From NCBI RefSeq assembly GCF_963921235.1, contig NC_086097.1, positions 12,090,001-12,154,000 on the forward strand: DNA of 64,000 bases, given 5' to 3'. The notes beneath the pieces are model-generated. The model was given only the letters and a program-made list of their open reading frames with translations, had not been told where the DNA came from and did not search any database. The position numbers were made by a program, and so were the translations under genes. This DNA comes from Mobula hypostoma (Eukaryota). This document shows, piece by piece, positions 1 to 13,299 of this stretch (the stretch's first letter is position 1; each line of letters opens with the position of its first letter).

Positions 1-867
1 TGGCCCCATTTGTCGACAGCGTTGAGGGTGAGAGACATTACTCAAAATCAAGGACCTTCTGTAGGGAGCACCGAGCGCGAGGCCATCACACCCAAACACC
101 GTCTCCGTCAGCAGCAAAGGAGAGGCCGGTAGATGGTGCTGAACACTCGCTTGCCCCTGCATCGGCCTCGATAATTTACAGACATAGATCAAGTCTTGGT
201 GAATAACATTGTAAGGATAGAAACTTAACGGTCGGTCAGCATTGACATAGAGAGGCAAAGGGTCTGTATAGCTGACAACAAGATGTATAGATGAAAACAA
301 GATGGTGTACTATTCCCCTAGAGTGCAGGAGCAAAGAACTCATGGTGAGCCTTTATTATGCATTTTTTTCTATCACCCTTGGAGAACTGTATCCAGTACT
401 AAGAACCAAAGTTTAGAAATAAATGAATATTTTAGAGCGGGTGCTGTAGAGAGTTATTAGAATGACTTCACTGTGTTTCTTTGCAGTTACTGTGAATGCC
501 CACAAGTAAATGAATCTCAAGGTTGTATATGGTGATATAGATGTACTTTGATATTAAACGTACTTTGAACTTTTAACTTTAGAGTTATATTTCGAATTCT
601 GGTACTGCTTTTCATTTTGTACTATGTCGATGTACTTATGCTTGGAATGATCTGATTGGATTGTTCGCATAAACATATCTTTTCACTTTATGTCAGTTCA
701 TGTGATAATAATACACCAATTACCAACTACTAGATCTTAAAGTACACCCAATAAATAAAATAACTTTTCCCAACACCTCACATGTTTTATCCTTTAGCAT
801 ATTTTCTTTCCATGTTAAACATTTAGTGCTTAATTTATTATGTTTATTATGTGTCTTCAACTTACAG

Positions 868-905
868 CTGCTTCAACGATGACTGTTGGAACTGAGGAAA
901 ACTGA
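868..905 (+). CDS. possible terminal coding exon of an upstream plus-strand gene ((x)ASTMTVGTEEN*)
   Basis: Acceptor-like tgtcttcaacttacag| at 867, short open frame to TGA 903-905, AT-rich non-repeat sequence downstream with AATAAA at ~1031; no homology recognised. Confidence 0.2.
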
Positions 906-1369
906 ACCTCATGGAAGCATTAAATGGGAAATGTAAAAGGTTTTTATTTTCAGCAAACTTTCAGATGAGCAAGAGTCCAAGAAAATCACACAACCTAGTC
1001 ACAATGTTTTATACTTCAACACAAAGATAAAATAAATGATTAGCTAGTTTTGTTTGCTATAGTCTCCTATTTAATTTTAACATTTGGAAAAGAAGTAATT
1101 TTATAAAAGTGCATATTTGCAATGGTAGCAATGAACTTCTTTTGCACAAAGACTGAATGCCAATTATTCATTGACTCCTTCACCAAAACTTATGAGAGGA
1201 TGAGATTTAACATCTGGGGAGCAGAAGTTCTTGATGCAAAGCACACACAAAATGCTGGATCAAAAGATCATAAGGACCATAAGACATAGATCTGATGGTC
1301 TTTCATAACAAGAGGAACTCGGCAAATCAGGAAATAAACAGGCCAAGACTCCGGAGGCCCAGTCACCAG

Positions 1370-4005
1370 CGGGAGGAGAGCACTTTGGGGTGGTTACTCG
1401 CAGGTTGGCAAAACTTGTAGAAAAGGAGAGTTTCGCGGGCATTCAAACGTTCCAGAGGACCAATCAGCAGCGGGAGCAGAACACTGCAAATTAAATAGGA
1501 ATACAGGATGGACAAGCGGGGTGGTCATGGTTGGGAGTAGGCCAGTGGTGGGAGTAGGAGCGTCAGGCTTTGTCTCAAGAGGCTTCGGTGAGAAGAAGCT
1601 GAGGCCAAAGAAACAGGTTAGAAGATTTGGCCTTGGTTACCCATTGTACAATGCAGGCAAGACGGCAGATATGGCAGTGGAATGCTCCTCATGTGGGAAT
1701 TCCTGGAACCTGATAGTCTTCCTGATGACCACACCTGCAGGAAGTGCAGCCAGCTCCAGCTCATGAAAGACCACATTAGGGAGCTGGAGCTGGAGCTGGA
1801 TGAACTTAGGATCATCAGGGAGGCAGAGCAATCGCTAGATATGACCTTTGAGCAGATGGTTACACCCAGAGTTCAGAATTTGGGGAGTAGATGAGTGAAC
1901 ACCAAGAAAGATAAAAGGAGAAGGAAGTCAGTGCAGGGTCCCCCTATAGCTATTCCCCTCAGCTACACCTATACCCCTTTGGATACTGCTGTGGGGGATG
2001 ACCTATCTGGGCAAGGCAGCAGCAGCCAGGCCAATAGCACTGTGGTCGGCTCTGAGCCTCAGAAGGGTAGGGTGAAGTCAAGTGGAGCAATAGTCATAGG
2101 GGACTCGATAGTTAGGAGGACCAATAGGAGATTCTGCAACAGCAAAAAGAAACGCCAGGATAGTGTGTTGCCTGCCGGGTGCTAGGGTCCAAGATGTCTG
2201 TAAATGGTTACAGAGATTATTCTTGATGGGGAGTGTGAGCAGCCAGAGGTCATGGTACATGTTGGTACCAATAAATAGGCTGGAGAGGGGTAGAGGTCCT
2301 GCGCTGTAAGTTTGGGGAGTTAGGAAGGAGACTGAAGAGCAGGATCTCCAAGGTGGTCATCTCTGGATTACTCCTGGTGCCATGAGCTAGGAAAGGTTAA
2401 AACAGGAAGATAGCACAGATGAATGAGTGGCTGAGGAGATGGTGTAGGGGGCAGGGTTTCAAGTTCTTGGATCATTGGAATCTTTTCTGGGGAAGGGGTG
2501 ACCAGTACAAGTGGGATGTGTTGCACTTGAATTGGAAGGGAACCAATATCCTGGGTGGGAGGTCCGCTAATGCTATTGGGGATGGTTTAAACTAGGTTTG
2601 CAGGGGTGGGAACCGAAGTAAAGGGGCAGAGGATGGAGCGGTTGGTGCACAAGTAGAGACAGGTTGTAGGGAGTTTGTGAGGAAAGATAGGCAGATGTTA
2701 GAGCAAAGATACACTCAGCCAGATGGTTTGAGATGTGTCTCTTTTAATGCAAGGTGTATCATAAACAAGGTGGATGAACTTAGAGTGTGAATCAATACTT
2801 GGGACTATGATGTTGTGGCCATTACAGAGACTTGGATGGCTCAGGCGTAGGAATGGCTGCTGAGTGGGCCGGGCTTTAGATGTTTCAAAAAGAACAGGGA
2901 GGGAGGCAAAAGAGGTGGGAGAGTGGCACTGTTAATCAGGGATAGTATCATGGCTGCAGTAAAGGAGAGGGATAGGAGCAGACAATTTGGGAAAACATTT
3001 AATTGGGGTGGGGGAGATATGACACTGTTAGGCAGGAACTTGGGAGATGTTCTCAGGGAAATGCATGGTAGAAACACGGCAAATGTTCAGGGAACACTTG
3101 TATGGCGTTCTGCAAGGGTATGTTCCATTGAGGCAGGAAAAGGATGGTAAGATAAAAGAACCATGGTGTACAAGGGTTGTAGAAAATCTTGTTAAGAAGA
3201 AAAGAAAGCTTATGAAAGGTTCAAGAAAATAGGTACTGTTAGAACTCTAGAAAATTACAAGGGTGCCAGGAAGGAGATCAAAAATGAAATTAGGAAAGCT
3301 AGAAGGGACCATGAGAAGGCCTTCTCAAGCAGAACCTGAAGGCATTCTACAAGAATGTAGAATGAAAAACCTGAAGGCACTCTACAAGTATGTGAAGAGC
3401 AATAGGATGAGCCATGTGAGAATAAAACCAATCAGGAGCGATAGAGGAAACATGTGCATGGAACCGGAGGAGGTAGCGGAGTTAATTAATGAATACTTTG
3501 CTTCAGTATTCACCAATGAAAAGGTCTTTCATTATGGGGATGACTCACAGCGGACTGAAACGCTTGAGTGTATAGTCATTAAGAAAGAGGATGTACTGGA
3601 GCTTTTGAAAGGTATTAAGTTAGTTAGGTCGCTGAGGCTGGGTGAGATATATCCCAGACTACTGAGGGAGGTGAGGGAGGAGATTGCTGAGGCACTGGCA
3701 ATGATCTTTGCATCATCAATAGAGATGGGAGAAGTACCAGAGGATTGGAAGTTTGCAAATGTTGTTCCCTTGTTCAAAAAAGGAAGTTGAGATAATCCAG
3801 GAAATTATAGACCTGTGAGTCTTATTTCAGTGGTGGGCAAGTTGTTGGAGAAGATCCTGAGAGGCAGGATTTATATGCATTTGGAGAGACATAATCTTAT
3901 TAGGGATAGTCAGCATGGCTTTGTCAAGGGTAGGTTGTGTCTTATGAGACTGATTGAATTCTTTGAGGATGTAACAAAACACATTGATGAAGGTAGAGCA
4001 GTGGA
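1370..4005 (+). mobile_element. CR1 LINE, 5' portion (ORF1 zinc finger/coiled coil/SGNH esterase, ORF2 endonuclease to start of RT), decayed
   Basis: AVECSSC..CRKC, IRELELELDELRIIRE, IVIGDSIVR, then EYFASVFT, VPEDWKFANVVPLFKKG, SQHGFVKGR in broken frames. Confidence 0.9.
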
Positions 4006-5437
4006 TTCACTCCACGATCAAGGTCACAGAGCCGTGGCAGCAGGTGGTGGGTGGTCGTATGAGCAACCGATGCATAGCACGAATCTAGGCTATGAGACTA
4101 CTGCCACCAGGCAGTCAGTCACTGAAGAGTATTGATAATGGCTGGGGTCACCTGTCTTGTAAAGACACTGCCCAGAAGAAGACAACGGATAAATAGGTGG
4201 GTTTTTGGGCAACATAGCTCATTTGGCCAGAAGGGCCTTTCCTATGCAGTGTCTATTAATCAGTCAATCAATCAATCAATCGATCAATCAGTAAATACAT
4301 ATAAATAAATAGACAGATAAATAAATAGAAGTAATTAAAAATAAATTCTTCAAATCTGGCACAAAAACAACAGTACATCATGCCGCAGGACCCATTACTT
4401 TCCCATATGCTTTTGAGGCCTGGACTGCAGGTACAGTTGCACCAACACTGTACTCACAGAATTCTCCAAGTTCTCCAGCAGGATAAGCAAACTAAAGTCA
4501 GCATCCTCCATCAGACTGATATCCCCAGTACTGAGGCCTTAATTATACTGTTCACTCCATTGGGCAGAGCAGCAGAGCACTCCAGTCGCAAGCCTAACTC
4601 CCAAACTATTCATTCTGCCTTGGGAAGAAATTACAAAGTGACAAGGAAAAGGATGCAAGGAGTCATGGTGGAGTAGGCAGATTAATAGTTCGGCAAGAAC
4701 TAGATGGGCTGAAGAGCCTGTTTCTGTGCTGTAGTGTTCTATAACTCTATGACTGAGTCCCTAATATCTCCTTAAAAAAAACGAAATGGAAAGCCCCCCC
4801 CCCAACCTTTTTATTCTGGTTTCTGCCCCTTTCCTTTCCTCGGCCCAAAATGTTGACTGTTTATTTCCCACCATAGATGCTGCCTGACCTGCTGAGTCCT
4901 TCCAGCATCTTGTGTGTATTGAAAACGTGAAACCTCCCCACTGACCCACGTCTGGTGCCTATAGTGGAGAACTAAGGTAGCAGACATTTAGCAGTGGTAA
5001 TGTGATGCTTTTAAAGCTGGAGACTCGATGCCCAGTAACCCCCGACAACCGTGATTAATGCTAACCTAATCATATGACAATTTACAATGACTATTAATCT
5101 ACACGGTGCATTGTTGGACTGTGGGAAGAAACTGGAGCACCTGGGGGGAACCCAAGCATTCCACGGGGAGGAGATATAAAGACTCTTTATAGAAAGGTGG
5201 TGGACTTGAACTCCAAATTCCGGAATAACCAGAGTTGTAATTGTGTCATATTAATCGTTACACTTTCTTTCCCCCATCAGGACTCCTTAATTCTTCTGTC
5301 GCTCACTTGTGTTCTAAATGCTATTTGCTTACTTTTATTGTTTGTATATTTTTTTCTCTGCACATTGCGTGATTGTCGGTTTCTTTGTTTTGTGGCTATC
5401 TGCAAGGAGATGAATCTCACGGTTGGGTAATGTATAC

Positions 5438-5722
5438 TGTTACGTACCCCGTAACTGGCTTGCCAATCCAGCAGAAACTCATTGAAGTCTGGATTACTAG
5501 GAACTAGTAAAGTTTTATTAAAGAACTAAGTAATACAGTACTCTAATCATAAGGATATAAATGTGACAGTTTAGCAATGATAATGCACACATATACACAG
5601 AACTAGGGTAATAGGAATCAACCAAGCTCTATCGCAGTCTAGGGGTAAAATGATCAGTCTTAAGTGACGCAGAGTTCAGTTCAGTTTAGTGCAGTTCGCA
5701 GTAATCACTGTTGTGGTACCAT

Positions 5723-5779
<57 letters not shown>

Positions 5780-6309
5780 TTTGGATCAGGCAGACATTTG
5801 ATGTCTTCGCAGTTGGTTTCGGGTTGACCCTTTTATGTCTTCTATCCCGCTGTGGTCACCGACTGTGACCCCTCCGTTCCGGATACGATCGTTCTTCCAC
5901 AGTGAACCTGGCACCCAGGCAAGGTCGGACACACACCCCAGGTTCCCACTGATCGTACCTTTACACCCTATGAGCCTCTGGTTGATTCCCGCGAACCGGA
6001 CCTCTAAACTCCCACCACTTGTGGGGGCACACCGCTCTTTCCAGGGACTTGTTGTCTCGTGGTGTCGTGGTGTCGTGGTGTGTCGTGCCTTAGCGAACCT
6101 GCTCTTTTTATCCCCCTGCTGGAGTATCACCTGTCCATCAAACTTCAATCAGTTCAGGTTCAAAGTAACCGGTCTGTCAATATTTTGAATTGTGTTTCTT
6201 TTCCGTTAATCCCTCTCTTCTCTCTTATTAGCATTTTGAATGTTTCTCTATTGTCTCTCTTATCTCTCTCATTAGCATCAATCGTCCAATAGCTTTGTTT
6301 GGCGTCACA
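5438..6309 (-). mobile_element. solo LTR (Gypsy-like), 872 bp, containing (GA)n at ~5724-5774
   Basis: Termini TGTTACG...CGTCACA (TG..CA, imperfect inverted ends); flanks atac/atgc (4-bp TSD, 1 mismatch); interrupts a LINE-tail repeat (gaatctcacggttg...tactttgataataaa); AATAAA on the minus strand near 5514. Confidence 0.7.
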
Positions 6310-7549
6310 ATGCATACTTTGATAATAAATGTACTTTGTGCTCATCTATATTGGGATCAATTTACAGTTGCTAATTAATCTGCCAGCACACTTTTGAGAG
6401 GGAATCAGAGCACCCAGGGAATATCTATAAAGTCACAGACAGCACCAGAGGTCATGACCTAACCCTGGGTCAGCAGAATTGTGAGAAGGCAGCACTAACT
6501 GCTCCGTTGTGCTAGTCTTAAACAGTGAGGGAAAGCTGCAATGGTTGTGATACAGCAAAGATGCAGTCAACTTTAATACCATCTGTCAGATTATGAGTAC
6601 ATTGTTTGTGTGAACTGTATTTCTTTTCAGTGATAAACCTCTTCAAACTTGCAGTGGTTACAATTGCCAGTTGATATTTCATGCCTCCAAACAGTAGACC
6701 ATAAAAATTGACTGTTCATTAGCTGTCATCATAGTGCCCATGGCACGAGGAAACAAGAATTCTCCCTACAAACTCTTCTGTGTATGCTTAACAGGGACTC
6801 GAGACTGATCAGCTTGGGAAGGGGAGATTTAACAGGACCTTTAAGACTGGGGGGATTCATTATGTGAAACTGCTTCTACTGATAGGAGAGTTGGTAAGCA
6901 CAATACAAATGATTTAAGATAACAAGCAAAGGAAAACAGGACGGTATGAAGAGATTTTTTTTTCCCCCAACCAGTGAAGTATGATCTGGAACACAACCTC
7001 TGATAAGGCGTTGGGAGCAGACACAAGAATAAGTTTCAAAAGAGAGTCTGACATGCACTTGCAGCTTGAAAAGGAATGAAGAGCTAAAAGGGGAGCTCAG
7101 GGAAACTCAACTAATTAGATAGATCTTTCAGAGAGTCATTGAATCACAGGAAAGTATAGCACAGAAACAGGCCCTTCACCAATCTAGTCCATGCTGAAAC
7201 GCTTCAACAGCCGAGTCCTGCAGGCGGACCATAGCCACCCATACCCCAACTAGCCATGTACCTATGAAAACTTCTCTTAAATGTTGAAATCACGCACAAT
7301 GTTTCATCTGAATATCAAAGTACAGCACAGAAACAGTCCCTTTGGCCCATCGGTTCCATGTTGAAGGATTTAAACAACCTAATCCCATTGACCTGCACTG
7401 AACCACAGTCCTCCATACCCCTACCATCCATGTACCTATCCAAACTTCTCTTCAACATTGAAATCAAGCTCACATGCACCTCTGTTTCACCTGAACAGGC
7501 AAGGCACAATGAGCTGAATGACCATATTTGTTGTCAGAGAGTCATAAGG

Positions 7550-8000
7550 TTGGCGGGGTGGAGATATGTCTCTACCAAAGGAGGTGTAAGGTGCTCCTTC
7601 CCTCTGCTCCCTGCAGGTGACTCTTGGGCAAGGTGTAGCACCTGCTTAGCCCCATGATCAAGGTCACGGAAGCCATGGGGGCAGGTGGTGGATGGTTGTA
7701 TGAGCAGCTGATGCATAGCACAAATCCTGGTTATGAAACCACTGACGCCAGGCAGCCAATCTCTGAAGAGTATTGATAATGGCTGGGGTCACCTGTCTTG
7801 TAAAGATACTGACCAGAAGAAGACAAGGGCAAACCAATTCTGTCAAAAATTTTCCATAGAAAAATTGCCAAGAACAATCATGGTCATGGAAAGCAAGGTG
7901 TGGCTTTGGATTTCTGGCATCTGCTGACTTTCTTGTGTTTATGGTCATGGAAAGACCATGATTGCTCATGCCATATGATGTGGCACTTAACAAATGAATG
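7550..8000 (+). mobile_element. RTE-related non-autonomous retroposon (family also at ~4015-4190, 9535-9900, 53696-53919+54585-54890, 56505-56590)
   Basis: Multi-copy ggagatatgtctctaccaaaggagg...ctctgaagagtattgataatggctgg; the 3' part of the best copy, gaaggcaatggtaaaccacttctg, resembles the BovB/RTE 3' motif. Confidence 0.7.
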
Positions 8001-8171
8001 AGAGTCATACGCTACAGAACCCTGTCTTTTAGGCCTAATGATCCATGCCAACCATATAAGCTAGTTCCACTTGCCTACATTTGACATATATCCCATTAAA
8101 CCTTTTCTGTTCATGTACCTGTCCAAGTGTCTCATACAATGCGATATTTTTCTTCAATGTGTTTGCAAATT

Positions 8172-8844
8172 GGGGGAAGGAGAAGATGGTGGCGCGCCGC
8201 AGCTCGCGTGGCCTCTCCAGTGAATGATATCTGTATTTGTTAAGTAGAGTACTATGCACAATCCTGATTTGATGGAGACAGACGTGAGAATCATGGAGGA
8301 ACATCTGGAGAAACTTCTGAAATGCCTGCTTTGCTGCCGCTGCTACAGTGCGATCAAGAATCTCCAGAGGGGAAGGCCCCAAATCCACGGCTTTGCCTGT
8401 TGTTTGGCGGCCAGGGCCGGCGTCAAAGCGCTCGGCAGAGATGGTGCTTGGTGTCGGAGGGCTGGTCGCAGGCTCGAAGTTTTCGGACGGACTCGAGCGT
8501 CGGCTATGGTCGGGTGCTTCCAGGGTGCTGCATCGGCAAGTTTGCGGCGCAGGAGGTTCATGGCAGGGAGAGTTTTCTTCCTGCTACCGTCTGCGTGAGA
8601 TGATGGGACTTTCGAGAGACTTTGAGACTTTTTTTTACCGTGCCCATGGTCTGTTCTTTATCAAATTATGGTATTGCTTTGCATTGTTGTAACTATATGT
8701 TATAATTATGTGGTTTTTGTCAGTTTTTCAGTCTTGGTCTGTCTTGTGTTTCTGTGATATCACACTGGAGGAACATTGTATCATTTCTTAATGCATGCAT
8801 TACTAAATGACAATAAAAGAGGACTGCGTGTCCTCATAATCTAA
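8172..8844 (+). mobile_element. CpG-rich ~650-bp non-coding retroposon, copy A
   Basis: 5' ggagaagatggtggcgcg; 3' aatgacaataaaagaggactgcgtgtcctcataatctaa; 7 homologous copies in the window. Confidence 0.85.
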
Positions 8845-8989
8845 AAAAACTAAACATGGAACAATCTCCAGACATCTCCAACCCCATTTCCTGATTCTCC
8901 ATCTCTAACCATCACTCTTGGATCTCTATTGTAGACATATCAGTATAATTTTTAAAACGTGTCCCCATCAATGTTCAACTAATGTTTGC

Positions 8990-9265
8990 TTCTTATTTTA
9001 TTTAGAGATTCATTGCGGGATGGCCCTTTCCAGTCCAACAAGCCTCACTGCCCAGCAACCCACTGATAACCCCAACCTAATCACAGGAATATTTACAATG
9101 ACCAATTAACCCACTAACTGGTACATCTTCGGACTGTAGGAGGAAACCCATGTACATATGGGAAGAATATACAAATTTTCTTACAGAGGACACTGGAATT
9201 GAACTCTGAACTTCACCGCCCAAAGCTGCAACCACTCTGCGCTAGCCGCTATGGTACTGTGACAC
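8990..9265 (-). mobile_element. tRNA-derived SINE (HE1/V-SINE-like); further copies ~5030-5260, 30980-31470, 33180-33435, 46865-47130, 62845-63120 (-), 37910-38240 (+)
   Basis: Reverse complement has a B-box-like gttcaattcc and a gggtttcctcc..cagtcc core, and ends in a CR1-like tail ..ctctaaataa. Confidence 0.75.
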
Positions 9266-10439
9266 TCCAAATGTTTTGAATTTTTTTTCCCTCATTACAA
9301 TGAACACAGCTTTCCATGAATTGTCCATTAAAATCTCCCCAGAAAGTTTCTGACCTCCTGATATTTTTTTCCTGAATTCAACACCTTCTGAATCAAGCTG
9401 TATTTCAGATCACTTTCGCTGCTCGTCATTACTTTTGTAATGGGATTCGCCTCCTAGAAAGGCTAGACTTCCATTTTAATCACTGTTTATAATGTAATAT
9501 TAGCTTTGCGTCTTTTACACACTTATGAGGTGTTTGGGTGGCAGGGTGGAGCTGTGCCTCTACCAAAGGAAGTACAAGGTGTTCCTCGCTCTGTTATCCT
9601 GCAGGTCACCCTTGGGCAAGAGGTAACACTTGCTTAGCCCCCCACCTCACCCCTGACCAGGGTCACCTGAAGCTATGAGAGCAGGTAGTGGATGATCGTT
9701 TGAGCAGCTGGTACATGTCACAAGCCCTGGTTATGTGACCACTGAAGCCAGGCAGACAATCTCTGAAGAGTATTGATAATGACTGGTGTCTCCTGTCTTG
9801 TAACGACACTGCCCAGAAGCAAATCCTTTCTGTAGAAATACTTGCCAAGAATAATCATGGTCATGGAAAGACTATGATCGCCCATATCATATAGCATGAC
9901 ACAAGAGATACTGCAGATGCTGGAAATCCAAAGCAACACACACAAAATGCTGAAGGAACTCAGCAGGTCGAGCAGCATCTTTGGAAATGAATAAACAACT
10001 GATGTTTTGGGCCAACGCTGTTCTTCACTTTATATCATTCTTGTCTTTGATAAAGAATGGAGTCCATATCTCATTGTGCGTTGATTAAGAATTGCATTTC
10101 AGTGCAGTACAGAGGGAGTGTACTGCTGTCCTTCACATAAGATATTAAAATGATGTCGCGTTTGTTTATTCAGGTGGATGAGAAATATCCAGTAGCAGTT
10201 TTTGAGAGATAGACATCCTAATAATATCATAGAATGCCAGAGAAATTAGAGCACAGAAAATGGCTCTTCAGCTTATCAAATCCATGCCAGCGAGCAACCA
10301 TCTAAGAAAATATTAACCCTCTTGTTTATTCACTTCCTATTATATTTCTTAAATTTACTGTGAATGCCTGCAACAAAAGGAATCTCAGGGTTGTATATGG
10401 CGTCATATATGACGTTGATTCCTTAAGATTGTGATAGCC

Positions 10440-11005
10440 GGAGTGGTAATGGGGATCAGCTCTCACTATCTATTAAATGCTCCCGATGGTGTGTATCTCG
10501 AATAGCCTCTCACAATCAAGTCCAGCTCCTGGCTTCATGTATGGCTTAGCTACCAAGCCTGGCAGAACCGCTTTTACTGACAGATGAAGTTGGCAAAGAT
10601 GGCTTACTGGTGCCTTAAAATGAGTCACTTCAGGCAGATGTCAGCCATGGTTGGCAGCTTATCTAGGAGAAGGAAAACTCTGATCTCAGAGACCACTGCC
10701 TTGTGGATATACCCACTCATGGGGAAGGCTTCGAGACTAAGCCCCAAGGAAAAATCCAGAGTCGGAACCCCTAAGACAGTCCTACATTGAGTTCAATAGT
10801 GATTGATGCTGTTAGCGCCAAATTGTTCCTCCTGCTTTTTGGGTTCCTCCGGCATTTCTACCATTGTTTTGGGTTCATCAGATGCATGGAGAGGGTGAGC
10901 TTGCTACAAGGGCAACAGCTTGCTCTCCATGTTGTACTGCCCTGGCCTGTGTATCTAGACAGCTAGAACAAAACATCTTTGGTCGACTGAGCAAAAGAGG
11001 CCTCA
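10440..11005 (+). mobile_element. RTE-like non-autonomous element (second copy ~42672-43185)
   Basis: Two homologous copies sharing tctaggagaaggaaaactctgatctc and cctaagacagtcctacattgagttcaat; RTE assignment is inference. Confidence 0.6.
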
Positions 11006-11059
11006 CTCATATGTACTTTGATAATACATTTACTTTGAACTTTGAAGTTTCCATATTCT

Positions 11060-12770
11060 CATCATTTCCTCCAGCTAGAGCTTTAACCAGCGGCCAATCC
11101 AGACATCGGAAGTTTGGAGAGGAGAGGAATTGGAGCAGGTCCACTGCTCGATTATAAAACACATGAGTGTGTTGCAACGGCGTAATCGAGCTTTGACTAG
11201 TGACCAATCGCTGTTTGGGATTGATGAGTAAGAGCAAGTTAAACGGAGGTAGTGGAAAGTGCAGCAGCTGTCATCTGAGTGGACAGTCAGAGTAGTGATC
11301 TTAAGGTTTTAGCTTTTCGAGGATTCAATCAAGAGAGACTTCACAGAGAAAGCAAAAGACAGAAAAGCTCAAGTTTTTTTCTTTCTTGTCTTTATATCTG
11401 CTCAGCTAGGACAGTAGCGATGACAGGCAGGATAGTGAAATGCTTCTCTCGTGGATGTGGGAAGGCAGGGAGAATTCCAGTATCCTTGATGACTACAGCA
11501 GTGAGAGATGCGTCCAGCTACAGCTTCTAATAAACCGTGTTAAGGGGCTGGAACTGGGTGATCTCCGGATCATTCGGGAGGCTGAGGGGGTGATAGAGAG
11601 GACATACAGAGAGGTAGTTATACCCAAGGTGCAGGTCGCAGGAAACTGGGTGACCGTCAGGAAGTGGAAAGGAGTTAAGGAGCCAGTGCAGAGTACCCCC
11701 GTGGCTATCCCCTCAACAACATGTATATAACTTTGGATAAAGTCGAGGGGATGACTTAACAGAGGAACTCTACAGTGGTCAGGTCTCTGGCCCTGAGTCT
11801 GCATCTGTGACTCAGACAGGAAGGGGAAAGAAGAAGCAAGCTGTGGTGATAGGGCATTCGTTAGTTGTTAAGGGAATGGACAGGAAGTTCTGTGTGCGAG
11901 AACAAGATTCCCGATGGTATGTTGCTTGCCGGATGCCAGGGTATCTCGGATCATGTCCTCTGCATTCTTAAGTGGGAGAGTGAAAAACCAGAACTCATGG
12001 TTCATGTAGGTACCAATAACATGGAAAGGACATTGAAAGCTACATAGGGAGTTCAGGGAATAAGGTACTAAATTAAAGGGCAGGACCTTAATTTATTGAG
12101 GGATTGGACATGCTAGAGGCAGGAAACATGTTCCCGACGTTGGGGGAGTCCAGAACCAAAGGCCACAGTTTAAGAATAAGGAGTAGACCATTTAGAATGG
12201 AGCTGAGGAAAAACTTTTTCACACAGAAGGTTGTGGATCTATGGAATGCTCTGCCTCAGAAGGTAGTGGCAGCCAATTCCCTGGATTCTTTCAAGAAAGA
12301 GTTAGATAGAGCTCTTGAAGATAGTGGAGTCAAGGGATATGGGGATAAGGCAGGAACAGGGTACAGATTGTGGATGATCAGCCATGATCACAGTGAATGG
12401 TGGTGCTGGCTCGAAGGGCCGAATGGCCTATTCCTGCACCAATTGTCTATTGTCTATTGTCTATTGACCTCCAAGGTTGTGATCTCATAATTGCTATTCA
12501 TGCCGTGTGCTGGAGAGGCCAGAACTAGGAAGATTAGTCCTGCTGAAGGGTTTTAACCCGAAACACAGACTGTACTCTTTTCCTAGATGCTGCCCGGCCT
12601 GCTGAGTTCCTGCAGCATTTTGGGTGTGTTGCTCGGATTTCAGCATCTGCAGATTTTCTCTTGTTCGTACCAGGAAGATTATACAGTTTAACACATGGCT
12701 AAGGAGTTGGTGCAGGAGGGAGGGCATAAGATTTTTGGATCATTGGGCTCTCTTCCAGGGAAGGTGGGAC
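11060..12770 (+). mobile_element. CR1 5' region/ORF1 with two nested insertions
   Basis: RCVQLQLL..LELGDLRIIREAE, VHVGTNN; nested CR1 3' fragment ~12089-12466 ((ctattgt)n tail, gacct TSD) and nested Penelope-type short repeat ~12537-12670 (TSD aggaagatta). Confidence 0.85.
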
Positions 12771-13270
12771 ATTATTATTATTATTATTATTATTTAAATG
12801 GTATAAAATTGCAGCATGCAGCTGTGCAAAGGGACTTGGGAGTGCTTGTGCATAAATCACAAAAGGTTGGTTTGCAGGTGCAGCAGGCTATCAAGAAGGC
12901 AAATGGAATGCTGGCCCTCATTGCGAGAGGAATTGAATTTAAGAGCAGGGAGGTTATGCTGCAACTGTATAGAGTAATGGTGAGGCAGCACCTGGAGTGC
13001 TGCGTGTAGTTCTGGTCTCCTTACTTGAAGAAGGATATACTGGCTTTGCAGGTGGTGCGGAGGAGGTTCACCAGGTTGGTTCCAGAGATGAGGGGTTAAG
13101 CTATGAGAAGAGATTGAATCGCCTGGGACTGTACTCGCTGGAATTCAGAAGAATGAGAGGAGATCTTATAGAAACATATAAAATTATGAAAGAGACAGAT
13201 AAGATAGAGGCAGGAAAGAGGTTTCCACTGGTAGGTGAGACTAGAACTAGGGGATATAGCTTCATTTGCA
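12771..13270 (+). mobile_element. CR1 ORF2 3' fragment preceded by an (ATT)n run
   Basis: YYLNGIKLQ..QRDLGVLV..LGLYSLEFRRMRGDLIETYKI. Confidence 0.9.
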
Positions 13271-13299
13271 GATTGGCAGATATGATGTTATAGGCATTA

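Noticed and set aside
5786..6292. Overlapping ~120-aa ORFs
   Set aside because: They lie within a solo LTR and show no recognisable domain
8254..8598. Recurring Cys-rich peptide (METDVRSTEEHLEKLLKC..CRCY) in the CpG-rich repeat copies
   Set aside because: Explained by nucleotide homology; frames shift differently in each copy, so there is no sign of coding selection
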